This document shows positions 1 through 11,199 of a DNA stretch of 64,000 nt, piece by piece. The DNA is from Eledone cirrhosa (taxonomy: Eukaryota): positions 11,470,001 to 11,534,000 of the forward strand of contig OZ024753.1 of the NCBI GenBank assembly GCA_964016885.1, given 5' to 3'. A model generated the notes under the pieces. That model saw nothing but the letters and a program-made list of their open reading frames with translations. It was not told where the DNA came from and searched no databases. Made by a program: the position numbers and the translations under genes. Position 1 is the stretch's first letter; each line of letters starts with the position of its first letter.

Positions 1-53
1 ATATATATATATATAATACTTCTGTGAGTAGGATAATTTATTCTATATGTGTA

Positions 54-88
<35 letters not shown>

Positions 89-97
89 CAGTAGAAC

Positions 98-200
98 TGG
101 TTTCTACAGGACTAGAACTACAGGACTAGAACTGTTTCATTAGAAGGGTAGCACCCTGATGATTACATTCGAACGAAACAGTTCTAGAAGAAGCCATTTC
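98..200. mobile_element. Degenerate Penelope-like terminal fragment (family A, as at 59748-59935) with inverted piece and broken hammerhead core
   Basis: TTCTACAGGACTAGAACTGTTTCATT followed by CTGATGA...GAAACAGTTCTAG; the 3' strand of stem III is deleted relative to the 59.8-kb copy. Confidence 0.6.
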
Positions 201-208
201 TCTCTCTC

Positions 209-260
<52 letters not shown>

Positions 261-353
261 TATGTAGAAGGTGAGTAATATTGTAGAACAATAAAACTAT
301 GCATATATCAAATAAGTAGCACTCAACAGTTGGTAGAACTGGAGTATATATAA

Positions 354-543
354 TAATTGTTTCTACTTTAGGCACAAGGCCAGCAATTACCCAGTGCATT
401 ACTGGCACTTTAATTTTATCGACCCCATCAGGATGAAAGGCAAAGTCAACCTCGGCGTCATTTGAACTCAGATCGTAAAGGCACGTAACTATACTGGAAA
501 GCATGGCGTCCGACCCTCTACTGATACTGCCAATCCACCGCCC
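354..543 (-). mobile_element. tRNA-derived SINE family 1 (~190 bp, octopus-type)
   Basis: Reverse complement of GGCGGTGGATTGGCAGTATC...GAGTTCAAAT (B-box)...TTTGCCTTTCATCC..GGGGTCGATAAAAT..AGTACCAG...TGCTGGCCTTGTGCC..AAGTAGAAACAATTA; more than 15 copies in this window. Confidence 0.9.
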
Positions 544-553
544 TATATATGGA

Positions 554-596
<43 letters not shown>

Positions 597-733
597 AGTC
601 CAGAATTAGCCGTCGAAACGGCTTGAGCTCAGCCGTCGGGGTCTTGCTTGTTCCTATTACCCACTCTACTACCCTAAGTATTGAATACTTTGGTGCGTTA
701 TGGTCCGCCTGGTTCCTTACCACATTTCCTTCG

Positions 734-735
<2 letters not shown>
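597..735 (+). mobile_element. Penelope-like tail family B (3' half of a hammerhead plus tail), in (TA)n
   Basis: GCCGTC-GAAA-CGGC-TTGAGCTCA-GCCG-TC-GGGGTC...CCTTACCACATTTCCTTCGTT; 8 copies in the window. Confidence 0.7.
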
Positions 736-789
<54 letters not shown>

Positions 790-1191
790 GTCCAGTAAAA
801 ATGTGTTTATCCGTGTGAGCTGGGATGCTACGTTGGTGAAAATAGGTGTAAGCAGGAGAAATCTCCCCCACATTCGTAGTGTGTAGTTACAATGGAGATT
901 AGTATAGGAGTAACATTATGAAGTATGATACCTTTACATAAAGGCTTCATTCATTATAATTATTTCTATCGCAACCGGCATGCAATTCAAGATGTAATAG
1001 TTGCATCTGTTGCTGGTATAGTCACACAAGAAGACCATGTTTTTGCATGCATCATATTACATAAACATCAATTCATCAGAACCAAAAATATCCAAATCAG
1101 CAACAAATGCATCTTGAATTGCGTAAATGTCGCGATAGAATAATTATAATGAATAACATCTTTGTTTAATTACAGATTCTTTCTTAATGTG

Positions 1192-1415
<224 letters not shown>

Positions 1416-1507
1416 ACCAGTTGGTGGTCGCGTGGTAAGTTACTAGTGTAACTATGCATAGTAGGCGAGTCTACGTATCGATGGTAAGGCTTCCGCCTTT
1501 GCTGGAG

Positions 1508-1546
<39 letters not shown>

Positions 1547-1906
1547 TTGCGAGGTTTTTGATATGAAATCGTGTGTCGAAACAAATGTATATTTTGAAGG
1601 AAACACAGTGTTTTAAGAAGCGAATTTGTTCTGTTGTTATTGTAAGCCAATCAAACAGTGAGTGTGTTCTGGTAAAAGTTCGGTAAAAGTTCGGTAAAAT
1701 TTCGGTGAAAAGGTAGTCCCATAAGAAATTAGCAATTCATTGAGGGCGCTTGTTTCACATAGTGGTGTGGGCGCAGCCATACATAGGCTGAACACTCTTT
1801 AGGTGAAACGAACTTCCTCGAATATGGTTTGCTGAATTGTTGTGGACTAACTATATATACATATATATAGAAGGATTTTAATGGATACAGTTTAGTTAAA
1901 AGGAAT

Positions 1907-2027
1907 TTATTGACACGTGTTTCTATAACAGTTACATAACCTGAAAACAGCTGCTATCTACAAAGTATTAGTTATGCAGACATTCAATATTTCAATGTTT
2001 TTATCAACTGTCATTTCATCGGAATAA
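1907..2027 (-). ncRNA. Type I hammerhead fold with long stem II, U4C variant core
   Basis: Minus strand: TTATT-CCGATGA-a-ATGACAGTT...AACTGTTAT-a-GAAA-CACGTG-TC-AATAA; palindromic ACACGTGT stem III, GUC triplet, 5-bp stem I. Confidence 0.6.
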
Positions 2028-2029
2028 TT

Positions 2030-2175
2030 TTACTGAGGACCTGTTTGGTTTTTATAGAGAATATTAGGAGGGAGGTTGAAGTTGTTAGAAGAATAGTTGA
2101 GGGAGTGGTTTTTTGATAGCAGTGAGAATTTTTGGTGGCAGTGAGTAATTAGATTCCCATCTGTTGTTTTGACAT
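2030..2175 (-). pseudogene. Degenerate 3' end of a Penelope-like ORF (GIY-YIG C-terminal motif) and UTR
   Basis: Frameshifted NNRWE/LITHCHQKFSLL resembles the LNxRxELxxxCxHxxKFLL end of Penelope endonucleases; lies directly upstream of the hammerhead at 1907-2027. Confidence 0.45.
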
Positions 2176-2233
2176 TTTTATAGAATATATTACAACACTT
2201 TTTATAGAATATATTACAACACTACGGAAAATA

Positions 2234-2284
<51 letters not shown>

Positions 2285-2288
<4 letters not shown>

Positions 2289-2521
2289 AGAGTTAAACAA
2301 GGTTCAATGAATACATCAAAGAATGAGTTTTACAATAGATTGGAAGCACTCAAGGTACTACCTTGATTGAATCTTAACCATCTACTATGTTAGGGTATGT
2401 CATGTATCATCCTATTTTATCTGATGAGGACGTACTGTTGAACTTAACTCAGTATCTCTGAAATATGTATAATAAAATATACTTGATCACAAGAATATTT
2501 ATTTTGTTAATATTTTGGATT
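2285..2521 (+). mobile_element. Penelope-like fragment family C (inverted tail plus hammerhead), in (TA)n
   Basis: 2285-2358 is the reverse complement of the tail at 43290-43360; the rest matches 43100-43265. Confidence 0.7.
2413..2479 (+). ncRNA. Type I minimal hammerhead ribozyme (family C)
   Basis: TATTTTAT-CTGATGA-GGAcGTACTG...CAGTATcTCT-GAAA-T-ATGT-A-TA-ATAAAATA; 8-bp stem I, AUA triplet, predicted cut after 2471. Confidence 0.75.
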
Positions 2522-2913
2522 AATATATATATATATATATACAGTCGAGGTCCACACCAAGAACATACTGCTCCAGTTATAGTGAACACCATAAAGGAGA
2601 GAAAGAGTGAAGGCGATAAACAAAAATGTGAACTCTTCCATATATATATATATGTACGTAAATGATGTTAGTCTATACCATATTCTTATTAATATACAAC
2701 TTAACTCCATTATAAATGTTATTATGCACTTCCGTGGCATGAAGAAACCCACGTGGCTGAAACCGGTACGATAAATCCCTTTTTTTGTAAATAAATGTAT
2801 TGCTGTTATTCCATGAGAAAATCTCATTAGTATTTTCTACTGATTTTTCTTCTGTACTATTATGTATGTATGTATGTATGTATGTATGTATGTATGTATG
2901 TATGTATGTATGT

Positions 2914-3518
2914 CAGGTCACCAGTTGGTGCTCTGGTAACATGTATTCCAGCACAACCTGTCCCATGGTCGAGTCGTTGGCGACTAAACTGGCAACCCCA
3001 CCAAGGTTTCTTGGTGAGGAGGGTGACTTTGGACATCCTGCAGAACTAAAAACAAAACCTGTCAAAGAGCAAAGGACCTCTTAAGAGTCAATGGCCATCC
3101 AAAATCACCGGGAGAGATGACCCCCTTAGCCTTTGTCAAGGCAGAATTCTAGGAGAAGGAAAACTCTGATATAACACCTGCAACCCTTTTGGTATCCAAT
3201 GATGTTGACTTGTTCTTCTTTTTGGTAAATATCATCTTGGTTAAGAGAGTGGGACTGGTTTTGTGCAGTGTCTTTGCTCACTATAAAAGTATCACGGCAC
3301 AAGCATTGCTTTATATCTAGAGATCTCTCTGCACTTGTCGTCACATGGTACCATGGGCCCAGCACTATGTCTCAATCCTTGTCACAAGTGTAATGTTTGT
3401 ACCAGAGTTTTCAAGTAGCTGGCTGGACTAAAAAGTCACACTCGTTCAACGCATCGGTAGGGGTTCTCCTACATGGATATAAAGTAGTAGCCGTTCTCGA
3501 AAACGAGTTGGCAGCCAC
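2914..3518 (+). mobile_element. Non-autonomous RTE-derived element (5'-UTR-like part joined to the RTE 3' end)
   Basis: CTAGGAGAAGGAAAACTCTGA motif typical of RTE 5' regions; ends with a C2H2-finger remnant ([24 protein letters not shown]) and a microsatellite tail; partial copies at 49972-50304 and 52051-52328. Confidence 0.65.
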
Positions 3519-3555
3519 TATGTGTGTATGTGTGTATGTGTGTATGTGTGTATGT

Positions 3556-3586
<31 letters not shown>

Positions 3587-4441
3587 CGTGCGTGCGTGCG
3601 TGAGCGTGTGTGTGTGTGCGGCTGTGTGTGTTTTAAACAACTGCGTGTAATCATATATGTATTAATACTTACACGCAGTTGTTTTTCAAATTCCTCTTGT
3701 CTTTATAATTTATTGCACATATAGTTTCTTTCCGCGCTGCCATTCAGTTTCTATGACAATTTTTATTGGTTACATATCTTTAAATTATCCTGATTTCAAA
3801 ATTTCTCCATAAATGCAATCATTCCCTGGAAATCATTTATCATGAACACAAAAATGACAAGTTCCTATCTAGTTGGTAATTAAAATCTCATTCAAATTCA
3901 TTCTATGTCAATTAACTTTCGAAGAATAACATAAAAATATTGTTGATTTACAATCCATAATTTCGAGGTTAACGTAACCTTCAGCTATATCATATTCGTT
4001 TTAAAAACGAACATTTATTCGTTAAAATTATTATCTTATAAGCCTTGTAATTAAAATCATAACATAAATATTTGTTCCCCTTCCTTTGAATACAGCAATC
4101 AGGTATATATTTCATACATACCTCGGTGCTTTTAAATTATCCATGCTGTCCATGTTTCTATACGCAATTATGTGTATATATAACGCATAATTATCTATTC
4201 AAGGTCAAAACCAACCACAATATATATATGAATGTTCTACTTAATCAATCAATAAATTACTAAAATTCTGTGATTGTTTTCTTGCTTGTCTGTAAAGTGA
4301 TACAGCCAAAAGGACACCTAATGGGAAATATACTTTGAAAGGAAGTTGACCCTGAAATGGGAATACAAATGAAATTAAACAAGTTTCGCGTAAATCGGAG
4401 CATGGGTTCCCGAGATATGGGGGTTTTCTGGATACCTTCAT

Positions 4442-4443
<2 letters not shown>

Positions 4444-4499
<56 letters not shown>

Positions 4500-4517
4500 T
4501 GTGAGAGAGAGTGAGAA

Positions 4518-4557
<40 letters not shown>

Positions 4558-4611
4558 AGATAGTGGTTGTGATGTGAGAGAGTAGATTGAAAGAGACACA
4601 TATAGAGAAGG

Positions 4612-4675
<64 letters not shown>
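4444..4675. repeat. (GA)n-rich microsatellite cluster
   Basis: Several GA runs. Confidence 0.95.
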
Positions 4676-4678
<3 letters not shown>

Positions 4679-4779
4679 TGTTATTGTGTGTGTATATATA
4701 TGTGTGCGTGTGTCTATGAACAGTGTATATAGATCACAGACCCCCACATATACACACACACATTTATATATATATATAT

Positions 4780-5053
4780 ATATAAAGGACGTAAAATAAG
4801 AAAATATTTTTTTTAAAAAAATTTAAAAAAAATTTTTTTCTTACTTAAATTTTCACTCCAACTAATTAGTTTCTGCAATGGGATAAAGACAGTTATGTAA
4901 TCCAACTGTCGAGAATTCATTGCGTCATCAGGAAGTCTATTCTCAGTTAAGTCTCCAGGCAATGCGCGGACACTGGCGGCTCATATAAAAATAATAATAA
5001 TTCGGTAGATCGAACAGCTTGCGAGGACTGGATTCTATGTACCGAAATTCTCA
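4780..5053 (-). mobile_element. Inverted 274-bp partial copy of the 558-bp unit, containing a hammerhead at 4855-4936 (-)
   Basis: Reverse complement of 5406-5679. Confidence 0.95.
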
Positions 5054-5522
5054 TAAGTAAGAAAAAATTTTTTTTTAAATTTTTTTAAAAAAAATATTTT
5101 CTTATTTTACGTCCTTTATATTATTGTTCTGCATTCCCCTGCATTGAACCACCTAGGTACTATGACATAACCTGTGTATTTGCTGGCATGGGCGTGCATC
5201 TGTGCGCTTATGTTAGTTGATATATTAAATTATCTATATTTATCTCCAAATCACTGATTTGTCGAGCAAACTTGTCAAAACCACTTCTAAAAAAATTTTT
5301 TTTGGGGTGTTAGTAGGCGTCAGTCATCTTACCATCCCATTCCTTCTAACTAGCCTCTGTGTCACGTGATTGATTCTTTAGAATCGGCCATTTGACTTGA
5401 AGCAGTGAGAATTTCGGTACATAGAATCCAGTCCTCGCAAGCTGTTCGATCTACCGAATTATTATTATTTTTATATGAGCCGCCAGTGTCCGCGCATTGC
5501 CTGGAGACTTAACTGAGAATAG

Positions 5523-5604
5523 ACTTCCTGATGACGCAATGAATTCTCGACAGTTGGATTACATAACTGTCTTTATCCCATTGCAGAAACTAATTAGTTG
5601 GAGT
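5523..5604 (+). ncRNA. Type I hammerhead ribozyme, unit 1
   Basis: ACTTC-CTGATGA-c-GCAATG..GACAGTT..AACTGTC..CATTGC-a-GAAA-CT-AATT-AG-TT-GGAGT; palindromic ACTAATTAGT stem III, GUU triplet, predicted cut after 5599. Confidence 0.8.
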
Positions 5605-6080
5605 GAAAATTTAAGTAAGAAAAAAATTTTTTTTAAATTTTTTTAAAAAAAATATTTTCTTATTTTACGTCCTTTATATTATTGTTCTGCATTCCCCTGC
5701 ATTGAACCACCTAGGTACTATGACATAACCTGTGTATTTGCTGGCATGGGCGTGCATCTGTGCGCTTATGTTAGTTGATATATTAAATTATCTATATTTA
5801 TCTCCAAATCACTGATTTGTCGAGCAAACTTGTCAAAACCACTTCTAAAAAAATTTTTTTTGGGGTGTTAGTAGGCGTCAGTCATCTTACCATCCCATTC
5901 CTTCTAACTAGCCTCTGTGTCACGTGATTGATTCTTTAGAATCGGCCATTTGACTTGAAGCAGTGAGAATTTCGGTACATAGAATCCAGTCCTCGCAAGC
6001 TGTTCGATCTACCGAATTATTATTATTTTTATATGAGCCGCCAGTGTCCGCGCATTGCCTGGAGACTTAACTGAGAATAG

Positions 6081-6162
6081 ACTTCCTGATGACGCAATGA
6101 ATTCTCGACAGTTGGATTACATAACTGTCTTTATCCCATTGCAGAAACTAATTAGTTGGAGT
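6081..6162 (+). ncRNA. Type I hammerhead ribozyme, unit 2
   Basis: Identical to 5523-5604. Confidence 0.8.
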
Positions 6163-6638
6163 GAAAATTTAAGTAAGAAAAAAATTTTTTTTAAATTTAA
6201 AAAAAAAAAATATTTTCTTATTTTACGTCCTTTATATTATTGTTCTGCATTCCCCTGCATTGAACCACCTAGGTACTATGACATAACCTGTGTATTTGCT
6301 GGCATGGGCGTGCATCTGTGCGCTTATGTTAGTTGATATATTAAATTATCTATATTTATCTCCAAATCACTGATTTGTCGAGCAAACTTGTCAAAACCAC
6401 TTCTAAAAAAATTTTTTTTGGGGTGTTAGTAGGCGTCAGTCATCTTACCATCCCATTCCTTCTAACTAGCCTCTGTGTCACGTGATTGATTCTTTAGAAT
6501 CGGCCATTTGACTTGAAGCAGTGAGAATTTCGGTACATAGAATCCAGTCCTCGCAAGCTGTTCGATCTACCGAATTATTATTATTTTTATATGAGCCGCC
6601 AGTGTCCGCGCATTGCCTGGAGACTTAACTGAGAATAG

Positions 6639-6720
6639 ACTTCCTGATGACGCAATGAATTCTCGACAGTTGGATTACATAACTGTCTTTATCCCATTGC
6701 AGAAACTAATTAGTTGGAGT
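6639..6720 (+). ncRNA. Type I hammerhead ribozyme, unit 3
   Basis: Identical to 5523-5604. Confidence 0.8.
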
Positions 6721-7196
6721 GAAAATTTAAGTAAGAAAAAAATTTTTTTTAAATTTTTTTAAAAAAAATATTTTCTTATTTTACGTCCTTTATATTATTG
6801 TTCTGCATTCCCCTGCATTGAACCACCTAGGTACTATGACATAACCTGTGTATTTGCTGGCATGGGCGTGCATCTGTGCGCTTATGTTAGTTGATATATT
6901 AAATTATCTATATTTATCTCCAAATCACTGATTTGTCGAGCAAACTTGTCAAAACCACTTCTAAAAAAATTTTTTTTGGGGTGTTAGTAGGCGTCAGTCA
7001 TCTTACCATCCCATTCCTTCTAACTAGCCTCTGTGTCACGTGATTGATTCTTTAGAATCGGCCATTTGACTTGAAGCAGTGAGAATTTCGGTACATAGAA
7101 TCCAGTCCTCGCAAGCTGTTCGATCTACCGAATTATTATTATTTTTATATGAGCCGCCAGTGTCCGCGCATTGCCTGGAGACTTAACTGAGAATAG

Positions 7197-7278
7197 ACTT
7201 CCTGATGACGCAATGAATTCTCGACAGTTGGATTACATAACTGTCTTTATCCCATTGCAGAAACTAATTAGTTGGAGT
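7197..7278 (+). ncRNA. Type I hammerhead ribozyme, unit 4
   Basis: Identical to 5523-5604. Confidence 0.8.
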
Positions 7279-7464
7279 GAAAATTTAAGTAAGAAAAAAA
7301 TTTTTTTTAAATTTTTTTAAAAAAAATATTTTCTTATTTTACGTCCTTTATATTATTGTTCTGCATTCCCCTGCATTGAACCACCTAGGTACTATGACAT
7401 AACCTGTGTATTTGCTGGCATGGGCGTGCATCTGTGCGCTTATGTTAGTTGATATATTAAATTA

Positions 7465-7495
<31 letters not shown>

Positions 7496-7497
<2 letters not shown>

Positions 7498-7622
7498 TTT
7501 CTGAATTTGTTTAGCAAGATTTTTTATCTGAAATCGTGTGTTGAAACCGATATTGTTATACTTTGGGAGGGTCATGTTGCCAATAAGAAACACACGCACC
7601 AGTTGCTTTCACTTCAATTTAT
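7496..7622 (+). mobile_element. Penelope-like tail family D (3' half of a possible hammerhead)
   Basis: GAAATCGTGTGTT-GAAAC..GTTATACTTTGGGAGGGTCATGTTGCC; related pieces at 1541-1620, 37944-38005, 42825-42853 and 56215-56289 (-). Confidence 0.55.
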
Positions 7623-7707
7623 TATATATTTATAAATTTACAAATTCATAAATTTATAAATTTCTGGTTGGTTGGTTGGTTCCACAACCAGATAGTTGTT
7701 TATATAT

Positions 7708-7752
7708 AGTCATAGTCCTTTCGTCACACACTCTGTGACCTCTTCAGTGACT
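7708..7752 (-). ncRNA. Minimal type I hammerhead fold (family E)
   Basis: Minus strand: AGTCA-CTGAAGA-g-GTCACA-GAGTG-TGTGAC-GAAA-GGAC-TA-TGACT; 5-bp stem I, 6-bp stem II, CUA triplet. Confidence 0.65.
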
Positions 7753-7817
7753 GGGGATATATATATATAAATGAAAAGTATAGAAATTGTTGTAGCAAGA
7801 AGCTAACACTATTCCAT

Positions 7818-7890
<73 letters not shown>

Positions 7891-7891
<1 letters not shown>

Positions 7892-8154
7892 GAGGCACGT
7901 GGCCTAGTGGTAAGGGTGTTGGACTTACGATCATAATGTCGGGGGGTCGGTTCCTGGGTTGTGTGTTGTGTTCTTGAGCAAAACACTTCATGTCACGTTG
8001 CTCCAATATACTCAGCTGAAAATGAGTACCAGTAATAGCTGGGGGTTTAACCCTGCGATGGACTGGCGTCCTGTCCAGGGAGAAGTCTTGTACTCTCACT
8101 CGCTTCATGCCATGAAACCGGGATAAGCAGCGGCCGAATGAGCCTTCTGGCTTT

Positions 8155-8160
<6 letters not shown>
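7891..8160 (+). mobile_element. tRNA-derived SINE family 2 (~270 bp)
   Basis: A-box TGGCCTAGTGG, degenerate B-box, CORE-like TGTTCTTGAGCAAAACACTT, CCCTGCGATGGACTGGCGTCCTGTCCAGGG domain; 4 copies. Confidence 0.85.
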
Positions 8161-8198
<38 letters not shown>

Positions 8199-8497
8199 TA
8201 TATATATATGGGCCTCCCAGTTTCATCTCACATTATATACATGTCTGTGTATATTTTTAATTCATTAAAAAATTATTATGAAGTAAACATGACCCCCTGG
8301 GTCACGGCTGGTCTAGTTATATATAAATATATTGTCAACTATATTTTCCAAAAAGAAGTTATACAATGATGGAAGTTCTAAGATAAAAAGACAGGCTGAT
8401 CTGGCTCTATAGGAAAAAGGAGGAAAGGACAAGAAATGCCATAAATGAGAGGGTGATAGGCTCTGTGCCTAGTGTGGGGAGGTGTTTCGGACATCGG

Positions 8498-9298
8498 CAC
8501 ACGAACTGTGGAACTAGTACCAACTTTGACTACCAACACACGAACTGTGGAACTAGTACCAACTTTGACTATCAACACATGAACTGTGGAACTAGTACCA
8601 ACTTTGAGTATTAACACACCAACTGTGGAACTAGTACCAACTTTGACTATCAACACACCAACTGTGGAACTAGTACCAACTTTGACTATCAACACATGAA
8701 CTGTGGAACTAGTACCAACTTTGACTATCAACACATGAACTGTGGAACTAGTACCAACTTTGACTACCAACACATGAACTGTGGAACTAGTACCAACTTT
8801 GACTATCAACACACTAAATGTGGAACTAGTACCAACTTTGACTATCAACACACCAACTGTGGAACTAGTACCAACTTTGACTATCAACACACGACCTGTG
8901 GAACTAGTACCAACTTTGACTACCAACACACCAACTGTGGAACTAGTACCAACTTTAACTATCAACACATGAACTCTGGAACTAGTACCAGCTTTGACTA
9001 CCCTACACCAACTGTGGAACTAGTACCACTTTGACTACCAACACACGAACTGTGGAACTAGTACCAGCTTTGACTATCAACACATGAACTGTGGAACTAG
9101 TACCAACTTTGACTACCAACACACGAACTGTGGAACTAGTACCAGCTTTGACTATCAACACACCAACTGTGGAACTAGTACCAGCTTTGACTATCAACAC
9201 ACCAACTGTGGAACTAGTACCAGCTTTGACTATCAACACATGAACTGTGGAACTAGTACCAACTTTGACTATCAACAACACCAACTGTGGAACTAGTA
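8498..9298. repeat. 39-bp minisatellite, ~20 copies
   Basis: Unit CACACCAACTGTGGAACTAGTACCAACTTTGACTATCAA. Confidence 0.97.
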
Positions 9299-9779
9299 TT
9301 CAGACCGCTACTATTTATCTGTAGTGGTCGAGCCCATTCTCGCCAGGAGGCGTCGTACTCTCGCATGACAGTGGGAGATTTGGCTGATATTTCTAGCAGA
9401 CTAAGACACTATGATGCACAATAATTGAGTTTTGATTACTATTGCTAGCAGATTAAATGACCGCTCTCTGATTCGTTGGGTCGGCTGGGCTCCTATGTTT
9501 TAAAGTTCTATTCGACAAGTTTATGAATTTTATGAGGTGAGTAATATTGGAAGAGTAATAATTTCTTTGGAACGTTTGATAAAATGTTAGTCGTAAAATA
9601 TTCTGTTTTAAAATAATTGGCAGTGATAATGGCGGTGATAAAATGATGGTTGGTGTAGGGTTGGGTGGTGGTGATTTACTAGCAACTTATAGTAGGAGTG
9701 TAGGAAGTGACTCTGAATAGAATTTAAGACACTAAAATGTCCATTAATTTTGGTTTATCGAATATTGATTTGATTAAAA

Positions 9780-10680
9780 GTTATCCAAAAGCTCGACAAT
9801 TCCAATATTTTTCTTACAAACATCATACAAATAAATCAGAAGACTACACAACCATATTCTCCAATTCATATGGAATCACCATATTTCTGACCCTATGTGT
9901 TCTTTATGACTGAAATGTAAAACCTAATGCAGTACATTATTTCGATAAATATTTAACTACTAAAACACCTGTCGTTGCATTAAACCTCATTGCTAAGAAT
10001 ATAACTAACAAATAATAAGGTTAGTAATGGCGGCAACAACACTACTTCTAATAGAAACGATTCTTTTTTATAAGCGAGAAAGCTTTAGTTTAATAAATAT
10101 TGGAAGCAAATCTCTCACACCCACTCAAACACAATTTTCAGAACATATGTTCACGTACACTCGCTTTTCAGAAACACATACTTACATCCACACACACACA
10201 CACAGACTCATATCTACACATACACACACACACCTTACCTTCCTGGAGTATTTTGCTTCCCCCTACCCATTGACCCGCCTCCACGCCACACACTACAACA
10301 CCCTTGCCATCCCACCACCTCTTATCCTGGACTTATACATCCCTCCTAAGCCCTTTATTTTTACATTTAAAAAAATATTTATTTAAAAAAAGTAAAAATT
10401 GTTCTACCTATTGTATTCTTTACTTTGTAACTTCCTTATAACCCTACTTACCCTCCCTCAGAGTTCCTGTTCTCCCCTTATCCAAATTGTCCTGATGAAG
10501 GACTTACGTCCTAATCGTTGAAACCTCCCCCAATTCCATCAAGCGTGAACCTAATATATGAAAAACGAGATGTCCTACACGAGAGAAAGTATAAGGAAAA
10601 GAAATCGAAAATGCAACTGGAATCTTTTAACGAATATTTATTTGTTTCCTTTACCGGTTTCACAGTTATTTACGCTTTTC
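9780..10680 (+). mobile_element. Highly degenerate Penelope-like 3' region with hammerhead remnant (family F)
   Basis: CCTGATGAAGGAC-TTAC-GTCC..CAAGCGTGAACCTAATA at 10491-10557 matches 62345-62420 and 63085-63157; upstream LLIETILFYKRESFSLIN weakly resembles a GIY-YIG end. Confidence 0.4.
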
Positions 10681-10721
10681 AAAAATAGAATTGAGCTGGA
10701 GGATTTGTGTTTTTTCTCGCT

Positions 10722-10804
<83 letters not shown>

Positions 10805-11199
10805 ACCTGCGCAGTTGCCGAGTGATACCCGCGCGAGTGGAAACGACCACTCGGAAGGCCTCCAGGAAGGTGGAGTTACGATTTTAGGAATATGATTGGG
10901 ACTACATGGATGAGAAAAGCACGATCCGAGGGGGGGGGGGGGAGGACGGTGTGCTGTGACCAGCGGCGCTGAATGGACGCCCGACAGACTGGTCGGTCAA
11001 GGTGATCAAGGTGATATATATATACGTATGTGTGTGTGTGTTCATTGTATGCATGAATGTGTGTATGTTCATGGAGAATTGGCAGAATCGATAGAGAATC
11101 GTTTTTATTTCTTTCAACTGTTACATTATATCATCAGAGTGAGAGTCACTCGACGAGGAAGTCCACAAAAAGCTAGGATTACTGTCATCAGTAAGTTAT

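Larger units (their letters stand above)
5054..7471 (+). mobile_element. Tandem array of a 558-bp hammerhead-containing unit (4.33 copies); retrozyme / non-autonomous Penelope-like
   Basis: GAGAATTTCGGTAC recurs at 5407, 5965, 6523 and 7081; copies are near-identical except an A/T-tract variant near 6195; bounded by (TA)n. Confidence 0.9.

Noticed and set aside
2735-2780. ATGAAGA..GAAACCGGTA hammerhead-like motif
   Set aside because: C3 is lost and stem I is unpaired; at best a decayed remnant
4241-4440. Minus-strand exon after a strong acceptor at ~4352
   Set aside because: The neighbourhood resembles a Helentron-like repeat fragment (AAGTTTCGCGTAAATCGGAGC..CCCGAGATAT); no donor or homology
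6055-6336. 93-aa ORF in the 558-bp unit
   Set aside because: Open in only one copy because of an A/T-tract variant; no motifs
7891-7960. tRNA gene
   Set aside because: SINE head without a complete cloverleaf; the same applies to 14865-14950 and 16042-16110
8498-9298. CRISPR-like array
   Set aside because: No unique spacers, eukaryotic context, no cas genes
11095-11145. Minus-strand CTGATGA..GAAA
   Set aside because: Stems II and III do not pair convincingly
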